Assembly (NCBI GenBank): GCA_937885165.1
Contig: CAKZZJ010000140.1
Coordinates: 1 to 52,383 of the forward strand
Direction of reading: 5' to 3'
Source: an uncultured Bacillales bacterium
GTDB lineage: Bacteria > Bacillota_I > Bacilli_A > Acholeplasmatales > Anaeroplasmataceae
DNA: 52,383 nt
This document shows positions 1 through 10,204 of the stretch, piece after piece (position 1 is the stretch's first letter; each line of letters starts with the position of its first letter). The notes beneath the pieces are model-generated. The model saw nothing but the letters and a program-made list of their open reading frames with translations, was not told the DNA's origin and searched no databases. The position numbers and the translations under genes are program-made.

Positions 1-703
1 TATCATTCTTAATTTTAACATCTTTTATTTTATTTTTTAAACTATTAGACAATATAAAATAATCAATTCTCCACCCTATATTCTTTTCCCTTGAATTAAA
101 GCGATAACTCCACCAACTATAAGATACTTTATCAGGGTATAAATATCTAAACGAATCAACAAAACCTGAATCAAGTAATTCTGTAAGTTTATTTCTTTCT
201 TCATCAGTAAAACCTGGATTTCTTGTGTTCATATCAGGATTTTTTAAATCTATTCTTTCATGTGCTACATTTAAATCTCCACAATATATAATAGGCTTTT
301 TATTATTTAAGGAAACTAAATAATTTCTTAAATTATCTTCATAAACCATCCTGTAATCAAGTCTTAAAAGACCTTCTTTACTATTTGGAACATAAGCGTT
401 AACGAAATAGAAATTATCATATTCTAATGTTATTACTCTTCCTTCATCATTATATAAACCATTTATACCATATATTACATTATCTGGCTTATATTTTGTA
501 TAAATGAGTGTACCACTATACCCTTTTTTTTCAGCACTAGACATAAATCTATAGTAGCCATCTATATCAAGATCACATTGGCCTTCCTGCATTTTTGTCT
601 CCTGTATAGCAAAAAAATCGGCATTAACTTCATCAAAGTAATCCCGAAAACCTTTAGTGATGCACGCTCTAATTCCATTTACATTCCAAGTTACAAATTT
701 CAT
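1..703 (-). CDS. xth: Exodeoxyribonuclease III / AP endonuclease (3' end runs off the window)
   Basis: Not in the ORF track; translated by hand from ATG at 703: MKFVTWNVNGIRA...QETK...KKGYSGT...EGR...NAYVPNS...CGDLNVAH...NPGFTDEER...YSWWSYR...GWRIDYF. All are ExoIII/EEP motifs; frame is open to the window edge. Confidence 0.95.
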   Translation of the reverse strand, partial: MKFVTWNVNGIRACITKGFRDYFDEVNADFFAIQETKMQEGQCDLDIDGYYRFMSSAEKKGYSGTLIYTKYKPDNVIYGINGLYNDEGRVITLEYDNFYFVNAYVPNSKEGLLRLDYRMVYEDNLRNYLVSLNNKKPIIYCGDLNVAHERIDLKNPDMNTRNPGFTDEERNKLTELLDSGFVDSFRYLYPDKVSYSWWSYRFNSREKNIGWRIDYFILSNSLKNKIKDVKIKND

Positions 704-704
704 A

Positions 705-914
705 TTATAACCCTTTTTTATTTCTTAAATAATTTTCTAATTCTTCTTTAGATAAATCTTGTATATCTAAATTTACATCTTCTAATAAATCAAGAAGGTT
801 AAAATCATAATATTTTTCCATATTTTCATCTAAATCATAATATGTATCAGAATTATCAGTACCATAATATTCATCTGTATCATAATCATAATAATATTCA
901 TCATCAAATGGCAT
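705..914 (-). CDS. Small, highly acidic, Tyr-rich hypothetical protein (69 aa)
   Basis: ORF 705..938. GGAGG Shine-Dalgarno lies just upstream of the ATG at 914 (MPFDDEYYY...), so start moved there. Stop codon is 1 nt from the xth ATG. Confidence 0.7.
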   Translation of the reverse strand: MPFDDEYYYDYDTDEYYGTDNSDTYYDLDENMEKYYDFNLLDLLEDVNLDIQDLSKEELENYLRNKKGL

Positions 915-1106
915 ATCTTTAACCTCCCTCGAAATCATACTTGTATTATATACAAAACTAAAAATAAAACAAGACTTGAATTAAAAAAAAATAACTATTA
1001 ATGAAAGATAATATTTTCATTTATTTTATTTATATCTATAGTAAAACTATGGTAAAAAAATAATCATTTTGATATAATATTTTTGTCGAATAGGAGTGAT
1101 AAAAAA

Positions 1107-2447
1107 ATGAAAAATGTAGAAGTTATAGTTATAGACAAAAACACCTTAGAATTAAAAGAAGATGCTAAAAAAGGTGATCAGATTAATCTTGATGCATTAA
1201 CTCAGGTTGATACCAAAAATATCGAAAAATTGATTAACGATGGTAAAGATAAAGCTTATGAAAACAAATTAATTGTCGAAAAGAAAATGTATGATGTAGA
1301 ACGTAAATCTGAAATTGAAATGCTAAATTCATCATATGAAAAAGAATTAAATAAATTAAGAAATGAATTAAGACAAAAAGAATTGGAAATTCAAAACAAT
1401 AAAAAATTATCTGAATCAGAAAATGAAAATAAAATATTAGAAATCAAAAATATATATGATAAGCAGATATCAGAACTTAAAAATCAGATATCTAATAAGG
1501 ATACAGAAAAAAAGTTAGAATTAAGTGAAGCTTTATCTGATAAAGAAAAGAAAATATCAGAATTAGAAGGCAACTTAAAGAATTTTAGGACAGAAGCAGA
1601 ATTAAATGAAAAAACATTAAAAGAAAATTATGAAGGCAAACTTCATTTAAAGGATGAAGAGATAGCGTATTATAAAGATTTAAAAGCTAGATCATCTACT
1701 AAAATGATTGGTGAATCATTAGAAAAACACTGCCAAAATGAATTTAACAAAATAAGAATGACAGCATTTCCTAATGCTTATTTTGAAAAAGATAATAAAA
1801 CATCTGATGAAAGTGGATCTAAAGGGGACTTCATATATAGGGAAAATACAGCTGATGGTAAAGAATTATTATCTATCATGTTTGAAATGAAAAATGAAAA
1901 TGAGACTACAGCAACCAAGCATAAGAACGAAGATTTCTTAAAAGAACTTGATAAAGATAGAAAAGAGAAAAACTGTGAATATGCTGTATTAGTTAGTTTA
2001 CTTGAAATAGATAATGATTATTATAATGCTGGTATTGTTGATGTTTCATACAAATATCCTAAGATGTTTGTTGTAAGACCACAGTGCTTTATATCAATAA
2101 TCGGTTTGTTAAGGAATTTAGCATTAGATTCACAAAATTTGAAAAATGAAATTGCTGAAATAAGAAATCAGAATCTTGATATTTTAAATTTTGAAAATAA
2201 TTTAGGTGAATTTAAAGATAAATTTGCTAAAAATTATAATCTTGCATCTGAAAGATTTAATAAAGCAGTAGAAGAAATAGATAAGACAATAACTCATTTG
2301 CAGAAAGTAAGAGAAGCATTGGTAGGATCTGAGCATCAATTAAAACTAGCAAATGATAAGGCCCAAGATTTAACAATAAAAAAACTTACTAAAAACGCAC
2401 CGACTTTAAAAGAAAAATTTGATGATGTAGAAAAAAATAATAAATAG
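1107..2447 (+). CDS. DUF2130-family coiled-coil protein
   Basis: Long K/E coiled coil followed by [54 protein letters not shown] precedes ATG 1107. Confidence 0.85.
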   Translation: MKNVEVIVIDKNTLELKEDAKKGDQINLDALTQVDTKNIEKLINDGKDKAYENKLIVEKKMYDVERKSEIEMLNSSYEKELNKLRNELRQKELEIQNNKKLSESENENKILEIKNIYDKQISELKNQISNKDTEKKLELSEALSDKEKKISELEGNLKNFRTEAELNEKTLKENYEGKLHLKDEEIAYYKDLKARSSTKMIGESLEKHCQNEFNKIRMTAFPNAYFEKDNKTSDESGSKGDFIYRENTADGKELLSIMFEMKNENETTATKHKNEDFLKELDKDRKEKNCEYAVLVSLLEIDNDYYNAGIVDVSYKYPKMFVVRPQCFISIIGLLRNLALDSQNLKNEIAEIRNQNLDILNFENNLGEFKDKFAKNYNLASERFNKAVEEIDKTITHLQKVREALVGSEHQLKLANDKAQDLTIKKLTKNAPTLKEKFDDVEKNNK

Positions 2448-2454
2448 GCATGAA

Positions 2455-2493
2455 AAAAAGCAATTTATTCTATAAAAGTTTAAATTGCTTTTT
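2455..2493. terminator. Bidirectional intrinsic terminator between convergent genes
   Basis: AAAAAGCAATTTA (2455-2467) pairs with TAAATTGCTTTTT (2481-2493). Confidence 0.75.
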
Positions 2494-2500
2494 AAATGGT

Positions 2501-4324
2501 TTAGATTTCTTCGCCTAAGAACTGAGAATTATAAAGAGAAGCATAAAAGCCGTTAAGTTTTAATAATTCTTCATGATTACCTTGTTCTACGATATTTCCA
2601 TCATTTAATACCAAGATTAAATCAGCATTTTTAATAGTTGATAGTCTGTGTGCTATAACAAATGATGTTCTACCTTCCGTAAGTCTATTCATTGCTTCTT
2701 GAATAATTATTTCAGTTCTTGTATCAATATTGGATGTTGCTTCATCTAATATCAATAGTGGTGCATTAGCTAAAGAAGCTCTTGCGATAGTGATTAACTG
2801 TCTTTGACCTTGAGACAATGATTCTTCGCTCTGAATATAAGTATCAAGTCCCTTTTCTAAAGTAGATACATAATATGTTAGGGATGCATTTTCTAAAGCT
2901 TTATTTATTTCTTCATCTGTGGCATTAGTGTTTGAATAAACAATATTTTCTCTTAATGTTCCGTCAAATATCCAAGCATCCTGTAAAACCATACCGAATA
3001 TATCTCTTACTTCAGTTTTCTTCATATCAGCAATAGATACACCATCGATTGTTATAGAACCGCTATTTAATTCATAAAATCTCATAAGTAAATTAACTAA
3101 TGTTGTTTTACCTGCACCAGTAGGTCCTACTATTGCGACCTTGCTTCCTGGCTCAACATGGCAGTTAAAATCAGGAATGATTATCTTATCAGGATAATAG
3201 CCGAATCTAACATGATTAAAATCTATTTCGCCTTTTAATTTATAGCCATCTTTTAATAATAATGTTTCTTTATCATCATCAGCTACTTCTTCATCTTCAA
3301 ATAATATTTCAAATATTCTTGATGAAGAAGAAATAGCCATTTGAACTGAGTTCATAGCTTGAGATATCTGATTCAATGGAGATTGGAATAAATTAACATA
3401 AACTAAGAATGCTGTTATAGTACCAAAAGTGATTCCTCCGTCATTTGCCATAATTAAACCACCTACTAAACATACAGCAGCATAAGCAAAATAAGAAATG
3501 AATGTTGAAATAGGTTGCATAAGGCCACCGAATATTTGAGCCTTAAACATTGTTTTCTTTAATACTTGATTTGCTTCATCAAATTTAATTTGTTTTTTCT
3601 TTTCAGCATTAAATATTTTTATAACTAGTGCACCGGTGAAGTTTTCTTCACATATGCCATTTACTACACCAGTCATTTTTTGTCTTTTTCTGAACTGTGG
3701 TACTGCAAGCTTAGTAACAAATAATATCATTATAACCATTAATGGTAATGATATAATTACGGTTAGTGCCATAATCCAGTTAGTAATAAACATCGCAATT
3801 AATACACCAATCATCATAATTATAGATTGTAACAGCATAGATGTTGATGACTGTAAGCTTTGAGAAATATTGTCAACATCATTTGTCATAATTGATAAAG
3901 TATCACCATATGGATTTCTATCAAAATAACTTAAAGGTAATTTATTCAATTTTTCTGTAAGTTCGCTTCTTAAGCCTTTTGAATATCTTTGAGTTATATC
4001 ATTCATAATAAAGCCTGATAAGAAACTTGCAAGAATACTTACCCCATACATTATAGACAAAATTATAACATAGTGGTATATAACATCCATATCTATTGAA
4101 TTTGTATAACCATTATTTGCCATTTCATCAGTTAATTTAGAAAGATATTGTGGTGCGATTATGGATACTACAACTGATACCATAGTAAGAAGTGAAGCAA
4201 TAATAATAAATGGATAATATTTCTTCAATGATTTAAAGAATAAAAATAAATCTTTTTTGATATCTGCGTTTGGATTCTTAGGCACATTGTTACGCCTACG
4301 TCCTCTTCCTGGTCCGCCCATCAT
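2501..4324 (-). CDS. ABC exporter, TMD+NBD, consensus-site subunit (TM288-like)
   Basis: 6-TM domain, Walker A GPTGAGKT, LSQGQRQ, Walker B LILDEATS, IAHRLST. Confidence 0.93.
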   Translation of the reverse strand: MMGGPGRGRRRNNVPKNPNADIKKDLFLFFKSLKKYYPFIIIASLLTMVSVVVSIIAPQYLSKLTDEMANNGYTNSIDMDVIYHYVIILSIMYGVSILASFLSGFIMNDITQRYSKGLRSELTEKLNKLPLSYFDRNPYGDTLSIMTNDVDNISQSLQSSTSMLLQSIIMMIGVLIAMFITNWIMALTVIISLPLMVIMILFVTKLAVPQFRKRQKMTGVVNGICEENFTGALVIKIFNAEKKKQIKFDEANQVLKKTMFKAQIFGGLMQPISTFISYFAYAAVCLVGGLIMANDGGITFGTITAFLVYVNLFQSPLNQISQAMNSVQMAISSSSRIFEILFEDEEVADDDKETLLLKDGYKLKGEIDFNHVRFGYYPDKIIIPDFNCHVEPGSKVAIVGPTGAGKTTLVNLLMRFYELNSGSITIDGVSIADMKKTEVRDIFGMVLQDAWIFDGTLRENIVYSNTNATDEEINKALENASLTYYVSTLEKGLDTYIQSEESLSQGQRQLITIARASLANAPLLILDEATSNIDTRTEIIIQEAMNRLTEGRTSFVIAHRLSTIKNADLILVLNDGNIVEQGNHEELLKLNGFYASLYNSQFLGEEI

Positions 4325-6198
4325 AAGCCAAGTTCCTCCTTTGATAATTGTGATAATGCAATTTCACGATATATATCTGAGGAATCAAGCAGTTCCTTAT
4401 GGGTGCCTGTTGCCTTGATTTCGCCATTATCCAAAACGATTATTTTATCTGCATCCATTATTGTTCCAATTCTTTGGGCAACAATAATTTTTGTTGATTC
4501 TTTATCCAAAGAATTTAAGTTTGCCCTTAATTTTTTATCTGTCTTATAATCTAGGGCACTGAATGAATCATCAAATATATAAATTTCAGGCTGCTTATAA
4601 ATGGTTCTTGCGATACAAAGTCTTTGTCTTTGACCGCCTGATACATTTTTACCGCCTTCTGATATCATATAATCATATTTTTCATCTTTTTCATTTATAA
4701 ATTCACTTGCACAGGCAACATCTGTTGAAAAAATTACTTTTTCCATATCGATATTTTCATCGCCGAATGCGACATTTTCACTTATAGTTCCCTTAAACAA
4801 AAAGCCTTTTTGAGGAACATATCCTATTTTTGATCTTAATGTTTTTTGTTTGTAGTTTTTAACATTTACACCATCAACTAATACTTCGCCACTACTTACA
4901 TCATATAGTCTTGTTATTAGATTTACTAAGGTAGTTTTACCAGATGATGTGGCACCAATTATCGCAAGAGTTTTACCTTTTTCTATACTAAAGTTGATGT
5001 TTGATAAGGTTGGATTTTCACCATTTGGATAATAAAATGTTACATTTTTGAATTCTACTTCACCAACTGATTTTGTTTCTTCTTCAGTATCAGGATCAGT
5101 AATATCAATTTTTGTATTTAATACTTCATTGATTCTTCCTGCAGCAACTACTGCTCTTGGCCACATTATAAATAGCATAAGAAGTGATACAAAAGACATC
5201 ACTATTTGTGTTGATAACATTACAAATGATACAACACTTGCGTAATCTATTTTGCCTTCGTTGATAACTAAGGCACCAACTGTATACATCGCTAAAGTAA
5301 GACCATTTAATACCAAAGACATAAATGGTGATAATACCGCCATTATTCTTCCTGTAAATAATTGAATCTTAGTGTATTTTGTATTGGCATCTTCAAATTT
5401 ATTTATTTGATATCCTTCGGCATTAAAAGCTCTTATAACTCTTACACCAACTAGATTATCTCTAGTGATATTGTTTATACTATCTGTAAGTTTCTGTACA
5501 ACCTTAAATTTTGGTATAACCAGCGCCATAACAATTATCAAAATAATTATTATTGATATTATTGCTACAACTGTAGTTAAAGATAATTCAAATGATGATG
5601 CTTGAAGTTTAAATATAGCCCAGATCATTGTTATGGGTGCCTGAAACACCATTCTGAATGTCATAATGTTGGTAAACTGGATATGCTGAATATCATTTGT
5701 TGATCTTGTTACTAAAGAAGCAGTAGAAAATTTATCAATTTCTGATAGCGAAAAGTCACTAACTTTCTCATAAAATTCTTTTCTGATTCTAGTTGACAAG
5801 TTAGATGATATAAAGGCTGATAGGAATGAATTTACAGCCTGAACAAGCATAGAAGATGCTGCCATCGCAAGCATCATTAAGCCATTATACCAGATATCAG
5901 CAGTAGAAGCATTTGCTACTTTTACTACACTATCTAATTGTTCATCTGTTAAGTTCATACCTGAAGCTAGAGAAAAAGCCTTAGCTTTATCTATAGTATC
6001 AAGCATACTCCAGTCGACACTATATCCAATAAATGCTTCAGGATGATTGTGATAGTTGACATAAGTAATTGCTTTAATTATACCCTGAACAAAATCCACA
6101 AGTGTCATAGTTATATAAACCTGTAAGACTGTAAAGCCAATTATAAGCAAAACACAAAACAAATCTATTTTCGTGAATTTTCTATATAATTTGAACAT
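4321..6198 (-). CDS. ABC exporter, TMD+NBD, degenerate-site subunit (TM287-like)
   Basis: GATSSGKT, VSGGQRQR, degenerate Walker B FDDSFSALD and switch VAQR. 4-nt overlap with its partner gene. Confidence 0.93.
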   Translation of the reverse strand: MFKLYRKFTKIDLFCVLLIIGFTVLQVYITMTLVDFVQGIIKAITYVNYHNHPEAFIGYSVDWSMLDTIDKAKAFSLASGMNLTDEQLDSVVKVANASTADIWYNGLMMLAMAASSMLVQAVNSFLSAFISSNLSTRIRKEFYEKVSDFSLSEIDKFSTASLVTRSTNDIQHIQFTNIMTFRMVFQAPITMIWAIFKLQASSFELSLTTVVAIISIIIILIIVMALVIPKFKVVQKLTDSINNITRDNLVGVRVIRAFNAEGYQINKFEDANTKYTKIQLFTGRIMAVLSPFMSLVLNGLTLAMYTVGALVINEGKIDYASVVSFVMLSTQIVMSFVSLLMLFIMWPRAVVAAGRINEVLNTKIDITDPDTEEETKSVGEVEFKNVTFYYPNGENPTLSNINFSIEKGKTLAIIGATSSGKTTLVNLITRLYDVSSGEVLVDGVNVKNYKQKTLRSKIGYVPQKGFLFKGTISENVAFGDENIDMEKVIFSTDVACASEFINEKDEKYDYMISEGGKNVSGGQRQRLCIARTIYKQPEIYIFDDSFSALDYKTDKKLRANLNSLDKESTKIIVAQRIGTIMDADKIIVLDNGEIKATGTHKELLDSSDIYREIALSQLSKEELGL

Positions 6199-6383
6199 GT
6201 ATACCCCCTTAAATTTTAACTTTTTTATAGTTTATCACATTTTATTTTATATTAAAAACTATTTTTAACCCTCATACAATCTTTATAACTATGAATAAAC
6301 GAATAAAGTTTAATAAGCTTATTCATTTTTCAACTGATTTGTAACATTTAATTCACAAAAAGCAAAAAATTGAAAAATACTTG

Positions 6384-6420
6384 TTGAATTTTGACAACTT
6401 ATAATTTATAATTATAAAAT
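6384..6420 (+). promoter_or_regulatory. Overlapping sigma-A-type promoters for rpoBC
   Basis: TTGAAT(6384)-17 nt-TATAAT(6407) and TTGACA(6391)-18 nt-TAAAAT(6415). Confidence 0.6.
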
Positions 6421-6577
6421 GACTTTTGTGTGGTTTTTATGAATTTATACTCTTAATCAAGAGTTTAAGATATATATTGTGGTTATCCCTAAAAGAGGTA
6501 TTAAACAACCTTTTAGCTTATGCTAAAAAGCCTGTGCAGGCAGTTTAAATCAAATTAAGAAAGGGATTTTAATTTTA

Positions 6578-9500
6578 ATGAGTTACAGAGTGGTTAACTA
6601 TGGAAAGAAATCAGTAAGAAGAAACTATTCTAAAATTCGTACTGATGTTGATCTTCCAGGGCTAGTCGAAATACAAACTAGTTCATTTGATTGGTTTGTA
6701 GAAACTGGTTTAAAAGAAGTATTCGAAGATGTATCTCCTATCACTTCTTTTAATCAAAACTTAAAATTGTATTTTCAAGATTATCATTTTGAAGACCCTA
6801 AGTTTAATGTAGTTGATTCAAAATTAAGAAGAATCAATTATTCAAGGCCATTAAAGGTTAATGTATTACTTGAAAATACGGAAACAGGTACCATGGTTAG
6901 ACATGAGTTATTTATGGGTGATATACCTTATATGACTCCTGTTGGTACATTTATCATCAATGGTGCTGAACGTGTAGTTATTTCTCAAATTATTCGTTCT
7001 GCAGGTGTTTATTACAAAAAGGAAATAGACAAAAAAACTGGTGATGCAAAATTCTTTGGTACTGTTATGCCTACACGTGGTGTTTGGTTAGAATATGAAG
7101 AAGGTTCTAAACAAATCTGGTATGGCAAAATTGATAGGAACAAAAAAGTTTTATTATCAACAATTCTAAAAGCTTATGGTTTTAAATCAAATGAGCAGAT
7201 CCTAGAAGTTTTTGGTGAAAGCGATTATTTGAAAGCAACCTTAGAAAGGGAATATAACAATACTCCAGAAGAAGCAGTTGTTGATTTATATTCTAAATTA
7301 CGTCAGGGTGAAGAAGTTCCAGTTGATGGCGCTAGAAATTTCCTTATTCAAAGATTATTTGATGAAACAAAATATGATTTACAGAAGGTTGGCCGTTATA
7401 AATATAACATTAAACTTGATGTACTTCAGAGAGCTAAAGGTCATGCTTTAGCTATGGATGTTGTTGCCAAAGATGATATCTATGAAGAAACTATTAAAAT
7501 AAGAAAAGAAAATCTTGTTGAAGTAAGAGAAGTGGAAAAAGGCGAATTAACATTCAAAAAGGGCGAAGTAATAGCTAAAAGAGGCGACATCATTGAAGGC
7601 GAAGTATATGAACGCTTAAGTAAAGCAAGAGCTGCCTTTAGAGAACAAATCGACTTAGGTAATACTTTAGCAGAAGACCCTTATTGCGAAGTATTATATG
7701 TAGATGTAGTAAAGGCTGATGAAAGTGAGACAGTAAAGATTATTGGTAATGATTCTCGTGAAACTTCACTTCATGTAATGATGTCTGATATTATCGCATC
7801 TATCAGTTATTTTATGAATCTTTATAAAAATGTAGGTAATTGTGATGATATTGACCATTTAGGAAATAGACGTTTAAGATTAATTGGTGAATTATTAAAG
7901 AACCAGTTCAGAATTGGTTTTGCTAAACTTAAAAAGAATATTGAAGATAGAATGTCTACTGTTGAAATAGACAAAGCTACTCCTCAAAATCTTATCAATA
8001 TCAAACCACTTACTTCATCTTTAAAAGAATTCTTTGGTTCTTCACAATTATCACAGTTTATGGATCAGATTAACCCGCTTGCTGAAATTACTCAGAAGCG
8101 TAGAATAAGTGCCCTTGGTTCAGGTGGTATCGCAAGAGATAGAGCTGGTGTAGAAGTAAGAGACGTACACAATTCTCACTATGGTAGAATGTGCCCGATA
8201 GAGACACCAGAAGGTCCTTCAATTGGTCTAATTACTTCACTTGCAACCTACGCTAAGGTTAATCAATATGGCTTCATAGAAACACCATATTTTATCGTTG
8301 AAGAGAAAAATGGTGTTAAATATGTAACAGAAGAAATCAAATATTTATCTGCTGATGATGAAGAAGGTAAAATCATTGCTGCAGCGAACACTAAATTAAA
8401 TGATGATGGTTCATTTGCTGAAGATAGAGTAATTGGTAGAAGAAATGGAGAAACAGAAATCGTTTCTAAAAATGAGATAGATTATATGGACGTATCTCCA
8501 AAACAGATAGTATCAGTTGCTGCATCATGCGTTCCATTCCTTGAACATGATGATGCTACACGTGCCCTAATGGGTGCTAACATGCAGCGTCAGGCAGTGC
8601 CTATTATTAATCCGGAAGCTCCGATTGTAGGAACTGGTATGGAATATAGAGCAGCCAAAGATTCAGGTTCAGCACTTGTTGCTACAAGAGATGGTGTTGT
8701 TCAGTATGTTGATGCTAAAAAGATTATTGTTAAAGAAGATGACGGTGAAGTAAGAAAATATGATTTATTCCAATTCTTACGTTCTAACTCAGCTACTGCA
8801 GTTATGCAAAGACCTATAGTTAAACCAGGAGAAAGAATTGAACGTGGCGATATTATTGCTGATGGTCAGTCAATGAAAAATGGTGAACTTGCATTAGGTA
8901 GAAATGTTAGAATTGCTTTTATGACATGGGAAGGATATAACTTCGAGGATGCCGTAATCATGAGCGAAAAGATGGTTTATGATGATGTATATACTTCACT
9001 TCATATCGATGAATTCGAAATTGAAGCAAGAGATACAAAATTAGGACCTGAGGAATTCACATTAGAAATACCTAATGTTAAAGCTGAAACAAAACGTAAT
9101 CTGGATTTAAATGGTATTATCGTTGAAGGTTCAGAAGTAAAAGAAGGAGATATCTTGGTTGGTAAGATTACTCCTAAGGGACAAACAGAACCTTCACCAG
9201 AAGAAAAATTACTTCTTGCAATATTTGGTGAAAAAACAAGAGATGTAAGGGATTCATCCTTAAGAGTACCTCATGGTGGAGGCGGTGTTGTTCAGTCTGT
9301 ACAGCATTTTAAAAAATCAGAAGGTGCTGATTTAAATCCAGGTGTTAATGAAGTAGTAAGAATTTTCGTTGTTCAGAAACGTAAGATTCAGGTTGGAGAT
9401 AAGATGGCTGGTCGTCATGGTAACAAAGGTGTTATTTCAAATATCTTGCCTGTTGAGGATATGCCATATACTAAGGATGGTCAACCAATCGACATTATGC

Positions 9501-10204
9501 TTAACCCTCAAGGTGTTCCATCTCGTATGAACATTGGTCAGGTTTTGGAACTTCATTTAGGTATTGCAGCCAAAAAGCTTGGTGTTCAGGTTGCAACTCC
9601 AGTATTTGATGGTGCTACAATCGAAGATATTGAAGAAGCAATGACTGAAGCTGGTCTTCCGCTTGATGGAAAAGAGATATTATATGATGGCAGAAGCGGT
9701 GAGCCGTTTGAAAATCCAATTTCTGTTGGTATCATGTACTTCGTTAAATTAAGCCACATGGTTGATGATAAACTTCATGCAAGAAATGTTGGTAAATATA
9801 CATTAGTAACTCAGCAACCTATGGGTGGTAAAGCCCAAAATGGTGGTCAGAGATTTGGTGAAATGGAAGTTTGGGCACTTCAAGCATATGGTGCTTCTCA
9901 TACATTAAGAGAAATGATGACTATTAAATCAGATGATTTAGTAGCAAGAGATAGAACTTATGATGCAATAGTATCAGGGAGACCTATTCCTGATTCATCA
10001 ATTCCAGAATCATTTAGAGTTCTAACAAGAGAATTACAATCTTTAGGTATCCATGTTGAACTTATGAATGATGAAAATCAAAATGAAGTTAATAGATCAA
10101 TAGTTGACTTTAAGATTAAAAAGGTTGAAACAAACAGAGTTCACTACAAAGTTTTTGATGAAGTAACAGAAGAAGAAAACTTAGGAGGAGAAGATAATGA
10201 GTAA
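6578..10204 (+). CDS. rpoB: DNA-directed RNA polymerase beta subunit
   Basis: [57 protein letters not shown]. Confidence 0.99.
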   Translation: MSYRVVNYGKKSVRRNYSKIRTDVDLPGLVEIQTSSFDWFVETGLKEVFEDVSPITSFNQNLKLYFQDYHFEDPKFNVVDSKLRRINYSRPLKVNVLLENTETGTMVRHELFMGDIPYMTPVGTFIINGAERVVISQIIRSAGVYYKKEIDKKTGDAKFFGTVMPTRGVWLEYEEGSKQIWYGKIDRNKKVLLSTILKAYGFKSNEQILEVFGESDYLKATLEREYNNTPEEAVVDLYSKLRQGEEVPVDGARNFLIQRLFDETKYDLQKVGRYKYNIKLDVLQRAKGHALAMDVVAKDDIYEETIKIRKENLVEVREVEKGELTFKKGEVIAKRGDIIEGEVYERLSKARAAFREQIDLGNTLAEDPYCEVLYVDVVKADESETVKIIGNDSRETSLHVMMSDIIASISYFMNLYKNVGNCDDIDHLGNRRLRLIGELLKNQFRIGFAKLKKNIEDRMSTVEIDKATPQNLINIKPLTSSLKEFFGSSQLSQFMDQINPLAEITQKRRISALGSGGIARDRAGVEVRDVHNSHYGRMCPIETPEGPSIGLITSLATYAKVNQYGFIETPYFIVEEKNGVKYVTEEIKYLSADDEEGKIIAAANTKLNDDGSFAEDRVIGRRNGETEIVSKNEIDYMDVSPKQIVSVAASCVPFLEHDDATRALMGANMQRQAVPIINPEAPIVGTGMEYRAAKDSGSALVATRDGVVQYVDAKKIIVKEDDGEVRKYDLFQFLRSNSATAVMQRPIVKPGERIERGDIIADGQSMKNGELALGRNVRIAFMTWEGYNFEDAVIMSEKMVYDDVYTSLHIDEFEIEARDTKLGPEEFTLEIPNVKAETKRNLDLNGIIVEGSEVKEGDILVGKITPKGQTEPSPEEKLLLAIFGEKTRDVRDSSLRVPHGGGGVVQSVQHFKKSEGADLNPGVNEVVRIFVVQKRKIQVGDKMAGRHGNKGVISNILPVEDMPYTKDGQPIDIMLNPQGVPSRMNIGQVLELHLGIAAKKLGVQVATPVFDGATIEDIEEAMTEAGLPLDGKEILYDGRSGEPFENPISVGIMYFVKLSHMVDDKLHARNVGKYTLVTQQPMGGKAQNGGQRFGEMEVWALQAYGASHTLREMMTIKSDDLVARDRTYDAIVSGRPIPDSSIPESFRVLTRELQSLGIHVELMNDENQNEVNRSIVDFKIKKVETNRVHYKVFDEVTEEENLGGEDNE

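Noticed and set aside
521..531. A8-GGG slippery-looking run in xth (minus strand)
   Set aside because: It encodes the conserved EKKGYSG motif in frame; no frameshift is needed.
2501..6198. Degenerate Walker B/switch motifs in one ABC subunit (also at 23681-25495)
   Set aside because: Normal asymmetry of TM287/288-type heterodimeric exporters.
6291..6326. ATGAATAA ... TTATTCAT inverted repeat upstream of the ABC exporter
   Set aside because: An 8-bp AT-rich match with a 20-nt spacer is expected by chance, and no cognate regulator is nearby.
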